Of a stretch of DNA of 64,000 bases, positions 55,544 through 64,000 are shown in pieces (position 1 is the first letter of the stretch; each line of letters opens with the position of its first letter). The stretch is from contig OX597819.1 in NCBI GenBank assembly GCA_951406725.2, positions 22,940,001 to 23,004,000 of the forward strand. Direction: 5' to 3'. The position numbers were made by a program, and so were the translations under genes. The DNA comes from Octopus vulgaris (lineage: Eukaryota). The notes beneath the pieces were generated by a model. That model was not told the origin of the DNA and made no database searches. It saw only the letters and a program-made list of their open reading frames with translations.

Positions 55544-57069
55544 CATGCATGCATGCATGCATGCATGCATGCATGCATATTGTCTTTGTACGTATATATA
55601 CTAGCACCTACCTATTTATCTATCAAAGTACGTTCCGATTTGCCTACTTATAACTTTAGCCACCCTTTTCTAGCTACCAAACGAAAAGAGCTATTTTCTG
55701 TCGTTGAACATTTTACTACGGAGTACATGGTTGAGAAAGCCTATGAAAACACTGATAATAAACCATTGTACCAAAATAACTTCTGTTTGATTAAAATAAT
55801 CTGCATTTTTATCGTTAGGCATGCGCAGAAGCGCTATTTTCTGACTGGGGAAGAAGAGCTACAAAAACGTTGAGAACTTCTACTCTCTGACCTCCCTACG
55901 GTATATTAGTGACACCATTTCGCCGTTCTATGTATTCTAACTTTTTAATTCCGTACATAGTCGTTTATATCCTTAATGGTCAACGCTGACAGGATCAATG
56001 AGCCCTTAGATAATATTCACCGTTGCAACTCCCATTTACTTTATTAGTTATTAACACCTCTCACAGTTTTATCTCAAAGCATTCTTAAAACTCACGAGCG
56101 AGTTGATATCATCTCTAATACCTTTTATCTCGTATTTAGTCTGAATCGCATTAAATTAATGCAAAACACATTTCATCGAAAGTAAATCCCGAATGACTGC
56201 TTCGTTTGTAATCTCAGTTTTGTATTCACTGCATTCTCACATCAGGTATTTATCACTTATCCCATACACGATTTCGACCACGCCCTAGTTTCCATATCCA
56301 CTCTAACAGAAGCGCTCTATCTTTCTTTTTTCATTCAAAATGAAAGGCATTCAACAAAAAATGTTTTCGGTAACCACTTTAAGCCTCGACAAATCTATAT
56401 TACTGTATTCCTAATATTGAAGCTTTAACAAAAGTTACATTTTCATGTTGAATAAGGTTTTCTAAAACTATGCAAGATGCAAAGAAAAACATTTCAACGT
56501 AAATGTTGGCAAATTTAATCATATAATAGTAGTTATATAATGATTTGGCATGGAAAACATACGTTTTATAAGCTTTTATATATTTCATTGCTGAAATATA
56601 ATGTCACTATTTCTTATTTAATGGCTTGCGTAATGTATTATAGCTGAACAGCTTCAATACATGTAGGCGTTTGTTTGTGTTCGATTTGGTTTCTGTTTTG
56701 TATTAGAAGATTTCTCTTAAAACTACAGGCAAGAGGAAAATAAGTCAGAATCTCAAATTACTGTTAAAACATTCGTATAGATGAAGTAAAGATATGCTGT
56801 CAGAAAAGCAGAAAAGGCGACTTTGCGACTGAAGACGACCACAAAAATAAATTAAATCTATATAAGCCCACCACCGTAACACCACTCAAACAGAAGTAAT
56901 CGATTAATGTTACACTGAAAATAAATACGAAATTTCAAGATTGAAAATTATTTTTATGATAAGCTCTGCAATAGGTAAAATACTAAAATGTACAGACAGG
57001 TTTACATTAAAAATATAATTTTTCCTTTTTCCTTTTATGGAAATTGTATAAAGCTTTCTTTTATTCTTT

Positions 57070-57190
57070 TCCTTATTTCAGTCATTAGACTGCGATCATG
57101 CTGAGGCACCGCTCTGAAATGTTTTAGTCGAACGTAAATATACCAACACCGGTTTTCAAGCGGTGGTGGGAGCAGACACAAGCACAAAGG
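57070..57190 (-). mobile_element. SINE family A, 3' fragment
   Basis: tttcagtcattagactgcgatcatgctg. Confidence 0.65.
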
Positions 57191-57247
57191 CACACACACA
57201 CGCACACACACGCGCGCGCGCGCATATATATGTGGGTGTATGTGTGA

Positions 57248-57913
57248 GTTGAATAAAGTTGAAACATAGTCTGGTTTTCACGGTTTTTATTACGGTATTT
57301 TAACAAAATTAGCGCTTACATACATAGTGCACTCATAAGATTTCAAATGTGTTTAACTGACAGTTGAGTTCTTGACAACTTTAATACCTCTTAGAACGTT
57401 CCGACCAGGTGAATTTTCAGAATACCTTTTTGATCAATCCGCATTGCTCTTAAACATCACAGTTTGTCAGGCGACGCGATATTCTGTAACTTGTTTATAT
57501 TCCTTAATCCACCTCATTAACTAGTTGTTATATAATTGCTGTTATTTCCATTCAGAACAGGTTTGAACATCTTAATAAACCGTTTTTATTTTATCTTTCT
57601 TCCAACCTCACTTGTGTCATGTACTTTGTAGAAAGGGAAAATTAGTAACAATTTCAGGCCACCTGTCTTTATATGTCCGCTCAATGGAATTTGGCGCACA
57701 TTGGTCTTCCGGATTTGTTGTCTATGGACTCGTTAACGTTCCGATAATGCATTTCATGTCTCGCCTATATATAGTTGGAGCGTTCTAAGAGGTACTAAAG
57801 TTGTCAAGAACACAACTGTCAATTAAATATGAGTACACTATGTATGAAAGCGCTGATTTTGTTAAAATACCATAAGAAACGCGAAAACCAGACTGTTTTA
57901 ACTTTATTCAACT
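57248..57913. mobile_element. MITE or internally deleted DNA transposon (Tc1-like) with about 150-bp TIRs
   Basis: 57248-57405 is the imperfect reverse complement of 57774-57913; the superfamily call is weak. Confidence 0.7.
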
Positions 57914-57952
57914 TATATATTATTCTATACACATTCACACAATTTCGAAACA

Positions 57953-57998
<46 letters not shown>

Positions 57999-58051
57999 TA
58001 TTTGTTGTCTACACCACCTGTCTTCGTCTTTTTTGTGTGAATTCCCCTTAT

Positions 58052-58124
<73 letters not shown>

Positions 58125-58170
58125 TACATATATATATACATATATATATATGTATGTATGTATGTATATA

Positions 58171-58313
58171 TACGACGGAGTGCTTTCAAGTCGACAAGGC
58201 TTTGATCGGCCCGAGGCTATAATGGAAAACATTTTCCCAAGGTGCCACACGTTGGGATTGAACCCGGAGCCATGTGGTTGGGAAGCAAGATTCTTACCAC
58301 ACACTCTGCACCT
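58171..58313 (-). mobile_element. SINE family A, 5' half
   Basis: cccaaggtgccac..gggattgaacccggagccatgtggttg. Confidence 0.8.
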
Positions 58314-59147
58314 ATAAAACATTTTAAAAGTAGATTTATGAAACTTTCCATACCAAGAGGATTTTATCTACGTCACTAGTTTAACCTAGAGGAAAGGGAA
58401 TACTTTTTTGACATCGAAAGCCCCCCGAAAACTTTGGGGTCAAAGCGATTACGTTCTTGGTGGAAACAATTGTAAGTTAATGATTGCAAGTAAAACATGA
58501 GCAGAGGGTAATTCTAGAGTGATTTGATTGGGACAAGAATACACGCAGCTTAAGTGAAAAGAAATCAAAAGTCGACAGAAGGATATGTGAGCCTGGCGGA
58601 AGGCATCACTCTAACAGACAAATACAAATAGCAAAACTCAGCAAAGAACAGTAGGAAACCCCAGATTAGAGGCCAACACAAATGTAGCCCAGAGCTAGAG
58701 TGTGGTGGGGAGTGAGTCTGTAATGAAGAAGCTAAAAGTGGTTTACAGATGAAGCATAGAAGAGGCCTGTGTTTGTAGCCATATTATCATTCCAGATTTG
58801 AGAGTAATATCCTATTGTGAGATCACTGAAGTTTTGAAGAAGTTAGCAATCGTTGAGAACTGAAGAACTGTCTGGCCTTAAAGGTCGAGACCTTTTGTTT
58901 TCTCCGTTGTTAGAGTGTAATAATCTCATGACATATATAGTGAGGGCGAGGGCTATAATTCGTAGTGACTTTGATGATGTATATGCATACATGCATGTAT
59001 GCGCATTTCAGTGCACACGCACACTCACATATACATAAATATACCTATATATATATATACACACACATACATGTATGTATAAAATATGTATTTTTTATTC
59101 ATTCGGAGTACGTCACGTCTGCACTTTTGCTTATATATATATATATA

Positions 59148-59445
59148 TCGCGTGATCACGTGACCGACCAGACCATCAGATGTTGTTACACATCGTTGGT
59201 CACAATGCGTTCGCATTGTTTTTAGCCTTCGAATGACGCCACCCCGGTGGCTAAGCGAGCAGGCCAACAGAAGAAAGAGTGGGAGAAAGAGTGGGGAAAG
59301 AGTACAGCAGGGATCACCACCCACTGCCGGAGCCTCGTGGAGCTTTAAGGTGTTTTCGCTCAATAAACACTCACAACGCCCGGTCTGGGAATCGAAACCG
59401 CGATCCTGCGACCGCGAGCCCTAACCACTAGGCCATTGCGCCTCC
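59148..59445 (-). mobile_element. SINE family C with an alternative 3' tail
   Basis: Head and body match family C; 59148-59270 is different and ends in (TA)n. Confidence 0.8.
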
Positions 59446-60766
59446 ACATACATATATATATAAAGTTTAAATTGAGCAGAAAATAGAGAAATCTTGATCA
59501 ACAACAATTGACTAACATTAATTATTAGTTTTTAATACAGAACTTTATCCCACCTAACAGCTGTTTGTGCTTCCAATGTCCTGCAATATTGCCAAAGAAA
59601 ATACTGACAATAATATTCGTCATATTTTGTATCACATCCGATCTGGAACATAGAGTTTTATGAGAGAGAAAACAATACATAAAATAATACAAAAGAAAAG
59701 AAGAGCCTTGAGAAGAGGAATTAAAGCTTGATATATTCAAATCATATCATTTTGCAGTGTAATGCTTCAAGTGGTTTCAAAGCGACGAAAATATATTGAA
59801 AAATTAATTTTAAATGTTGAAGAGAATCTAACGATTTTTGTGTGCTTTTAAATGGCTTATAAACACCTTCCACGCTGCAATTGTTTTTGTTGCAGCACAC
59901 GATTTTAGATCAGGTCACTTGCTATGCAAGTACATGTCCGTAATGATATATATATATATATGTTTTTATACGTACATATACACAGAGACAGACACACCTA
60001 TGATCTCAATCTATCTATCTAACGACTTATCTATCAAAACGATCCTGCACTGACAAGCAGCTAAAACATTTACTATAGAATTGGTGCTTGGGTTGTATAC
60101 TATAGGAAAATAGAGATAATAAATCTTTGCACAAAATTTGCATATATATAGTTTGGTTTTGCTTATGACTAAATGTCGAATACTCATTTGTTATAATAAA
60201 CCCGAAATATGCATTTAAGTATTACAATATCCTTCAGGAAGTGAATTATGATTTGTTTTTCCGGTTTGCTAGATAATATTCTTCCGCATTTTGCACCACA
60301 GGATATCGTTAAAAAAGCAACAGAAGCCAAACGATCCATTTCTGAAAGGAATATATTTCCTTGAAACACTCAGATCCCACCTCCCGTTTACCACTTTCTG
60401 TAGCAGTGGCGTTGCTTCAATAATGAGGTACACATTTTGAAGTCGTCGCAAAAACAAAAATGGGTTAAATATATAATGTGTATGTGTCTTTGGGTGTGCG
60501 TGTACGCCTACCTAACAAAAGGGACCCACCTAAATATGCACACTTACAAAGTTTTACACACATGAGTAAATTTTAAACAATAACATAGCCCCAAATATAA
60601 ACAATAAAAATGCATAAAAACCCACCCACAGATCTAAGTTATCATTACACTCAAACCTCAAACCCTCATACTTAAGGAATATTTTAATTTAAAAGAAACA
60701 TCACAGTCTGAAGCTTGTTTATGTGGCCGAAACGTTGAAGTCTTTGTCAATAATATTCTTGCTTAA

Positions 60767-60811
<45 letters not shown>

Positions 60812-62095
60812 TTAGATGACGTATAAAATTTAGGTGGCAGATCAAATTTAGGCAATGAATCAACCTTAAATAATTACGTTTAGATGATGGATCGTGTTTA
60901 GAAGATCGATCAAGTTTGGTTATCAAGTTTAGATCACAAATTCAGTTTAGGTGAAGGACCACGTTTCTATGTCGTAGAAAATATTATATTTCACTTATCC
61001 AAAAAAAAAACATAATAAACAGTAACTATCACCATTTCACCCTCCCTCTCAGGATGGTCAATACCCAAATTTAAGCAATCTTAATTAACGTTTGTAGGGA
61101 AATATTCGGTGGGGAAGCTCCGATAAAGGCATACAAAGTTTTGTTTTAAATATGGAGGTGTTAAATATGGTGGTTCTTTTAAACATGGGGGTGTTATGGA
61201 GGTGATATACCTAACACCCCAAGTGAGGCACAACATCGAAATTAATTCAAGGTAATGGATTATATATTAGTTAATGTGTTATTACTTCATTGAGAAGACA
61301 AGATTTAATTAGTTGTCCTAATGCTGTTATCACAGTATTATATTTTCTCTAAGTAACATCCACAAAATGAATTCAGATGTGCAATAACAATCTTATGAGT
61401 GACGCGGTAAGATGATTTAAAATGTGCAGATGCAAAATAACTGGAAAATGGCTTACTTTTGAGTAATCTCTCTTAAACGATGAAGGCAGAAAGACGGGAT
61501 GACTTTTGAATTCCTTTTGAATATTGGCCCATAAGTTAGTTTCCAGCAATTTCAGTTCGTTTTAGCTGAAAAGGAAGAACAATTTCCACATTAAGTATGT
61601 GTCTCACAAATACAAACAAAATATCCTATGATTTTCTGTAAGAAATTCCAGTGAAACGTAACATGTAATTATTTTGCTGATCGTGGAAAATATGATTTTA
61701 AAATATGAATAACCTGCATGTATGTTTAATGTAGACTTTATAGACTTTATAACAGAACAAGTAAATAGAGTTTCTTTATCAGGAGGATTATTATGAGTGG
61801 GAGAAATCTACGAAGTTAATGGACAATCAGAAATTTATTTCAATATAATTTAGAATGCAAACCGACATCTCTCTAGTTATAAGCTTTTGGATAATCGTTG
61901 CCTTGATGCTATACACGTACGTACATGTATGCACATATATACACACAAACATCCTTTACATACATACATACATATATATAATTACGGGGACGTAGACACA
62001 GCAGCAACGGTTGTGAAGCGATGGTAGGTGGGGGACAAATACACACACACACACGCCTTCACACACAAACACACACACACTCACACGCGCGGGCA

Positions 62096-62181
<86 letters not shown>

Positions 62182-62184
<3 letters not shown>

Positions 62185-62840
62185 TAATATAGGATGGAGT
62201 TTTTTTACAGAAAAAAATTTCAGCAAAAAATGTGGCAGCATATCAAAATACCTTTAAAAGTTAAAATTATAAACAACTTATCAACTAGGGAAAAAGAAAA
62301 TTATTTCTATGCCAATATGCTGATAACAGACTTTTAAATCGTCAAGTTCCACATATTATTATATACCCACTACAGAAATACGTTGTGCTGAAATCGAAGA
62401 AAGCTAGCCAAAAGAATTTTTTAAAAAAAGTTCGTTATTTCTATATTGAATCAATTTCGGAATTAATCTCATAATAGATTTTTTCCTCGTCAGTAGAAAA
62501 TACGAATAGAAATAAATGAAACACCTACATGCGCGCATAAAAAAAACGCCGAAGCAAAAATCATGAATATACATAAGCACCCCAGATATATCTAAATATA
62601 AAATCCTTTGGTTAGTCTCAGCACATGTGTGAACCGTTCTCCACTACAGCTTATAGTAGTTACCAGTTCCTATAGCGAATAGTAATAAATCTACTACTAA
62701 TATAGGATGAAGTTTTTTACAGAAAAAAATTCCATCGAAAGGTGTGGCAGCATATTAACATACCTTTAAATGTTAAAATTCTAAACAACTTATAAACAAG
62801 GGCAAAAGAAAATTATTTCTATGCCAATATGCTGATAACA
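62182..62840 (-). repeat. 513-bp unit plus partial tandem copy containing a hammerhead
   Basis: 62182-62328 is repeated at 62695-62840; a related inverted fragment lies at about 10449-10530. Confidence 0.85.
62438..62499 (-). ncRNA. Type I hammerhead ribozyme, complete core
   Basis: Minus strand: tttcta CTGACGA GGAAaaAATCTattatgAGATTaaTTCC GAAA ttgattcaa TA tagaaa; 6-bp stem I, two-part stem II, stem III ATTG/CAAT, AUA site. Confidence 0.88.
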
Positions 62841-63605
62841 CCTACCTTGGCAGCACACTCTCTAGAAATGTTGTCGTTGATGACAAAATCAACGCCAGAC
62901 ACGCCAAGGCAAGGGTTGCATTCGGCAGGCTACGCAGGACTGTCTGGGAAGGAGGAGGATCACCATCATGACAAAGATCAAGGTGTACCGGGCTGTTGTT
63001 CTCACAACGCTACTGGACGGTCTACCAGCGTCATGCCAGGAAGCTGAACCACTTTTATACAATACGCATCAGAAAACTTCTCAGCAAGACAGGATATCGG
63101 ACACCGAAGTACTAATACGTGCTAACCTGCCCAGTATCCAAACCATCTTGAGGCAGTCTCAGCTTCGCTGGGCAGGGCACGTAGCTCGCATGTCAGACGA
63201 TCTGTTACCAAAAAGATTGCTCTTTGGCGAGCTGCAAAAGGGAAAGCGCTCACAAGGCGGTCAACCGAAGCGCTTTAAGGACACCCTAAAAGCCTCACTG
63301 AAAGCCTTCAACATCTACCATAACACTTGGGTGCAGTCTGCTCTAGACAGATAATGGTGGCGATCAGCTGTCCACAAAGGTGCCAACACATGCCAGACCA
63401 ATAGGATCACTGCTGCAGAAGACCGCAGACAAGCCAGGAAGATAAGAGCTAACAACCCTGTAGCAGGTGCTACCGTTCACTGTCCATACTGTCAAAGACT
63501 CTTTCGGACGTAGATTGGCCCCACTAGCCATCTGCAGACTCAGAAAAACAAGCCCACCCCTACTCCAAGATGACTAGATGGTCTTCGTCGCATCGGCGGA
63601 CAAAC
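62841..63605 (+). mobile_element. 5'-truncated RTE-clade LINE
   Basis: YLGSTLS..INAR..KA..AFGRL, TKIKVYRAVVLTTLL, QLRWAGHVARM, LPKRLLFGEL..GKRSQGGQPKRFKDTLK, terminal CPYC..H finger remnant. Confidence 0.92.
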
Positions 63606-63755
63606 TACCGCGTATGTGTTTGTGGGTGTGTATGTGTGTGTGAGTGTGTTGTATTTATCAGGGGTTCTGTGTGTGTCCGTGTGTGTTTGGTTTATCCGGG
63701 TGGTGTGTATGTGTGTGCGTGTACGTTCTGTACATGCTGGTACTGAGTATGCGTT

Positions 63756-63838
<83 letters not shown>

Positions 63839-64000
63839 ATATGGTTTATGTAGTTTCCGGGTGTGTGTCTGCTGTATTTGTGAGTGGTTTGTTTTGTTTG
63901 TATTGTTAGTGCAGTGTGTGTGTATACGTGTGGGTGTGTTTGAGTGAGTGTGTTTGAGTGAGTGTGTCTATGTGTCTTGTATTTGTCGGGGAGGTGCGTG

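Noticed and set aside
52100-57000. Long AT-rich stretch with few recognisable repeats
   Set aside because: No ORF, RNA motif or repeat structure that could be supported by eye; may hold regulatory DNA or a non-coding exon.
62691-62705. tctactactaatatagg as a Helitron 5' end for the 513-bp repeat
   Set aside because: No matching hairpin plus CTAG end; the internal hammerhead favours a retroelement origin.

Overview
Repeat-dominated, AT-rich eukaryotic DNA. The SINE families and (TA)n/(CA)n/(TAA)n/(GATA)n/(CATA)n load suggest a cephalopod (octopus-like) genome; this is an inference. The only credible host protein-coding sequence is an intronless CDS for a RASD/Rhes/DIRAS-like Ras GTPase (40377-41084, minus strand) with a probable 5'UTR intron. 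Almost all other listed ORFs are microsatellite artefacts or transposon relics. Relics include R4/Dong-type, RTE and CR1/L2/Jockey-type LINEs, a Helitron helicase, non-autonomous Helitrons, mariner, hAT and Tc1-like elements, and at least four tRNA-derived SINE families. The signal the ORF track misses is a dense population of self-cleaving-ribozyme motifs. Four complete type I hammerheads (3882, 16715, 34331 on +; 62438 on -) are unrelated outside the core. About ten further near-complete, variant-core or decayed hammerheads are present. Most sit in non-coding units of a few hundred bp with partial direct or inverted repeats next to (TA)n tracts, the architecture of Penelope-type pseudo-LTRs or retrozymes. 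Two HDV-like folds (48058, 49160) are also present. All folds were read by eye and none was tested; repeat boundaries are approximate.
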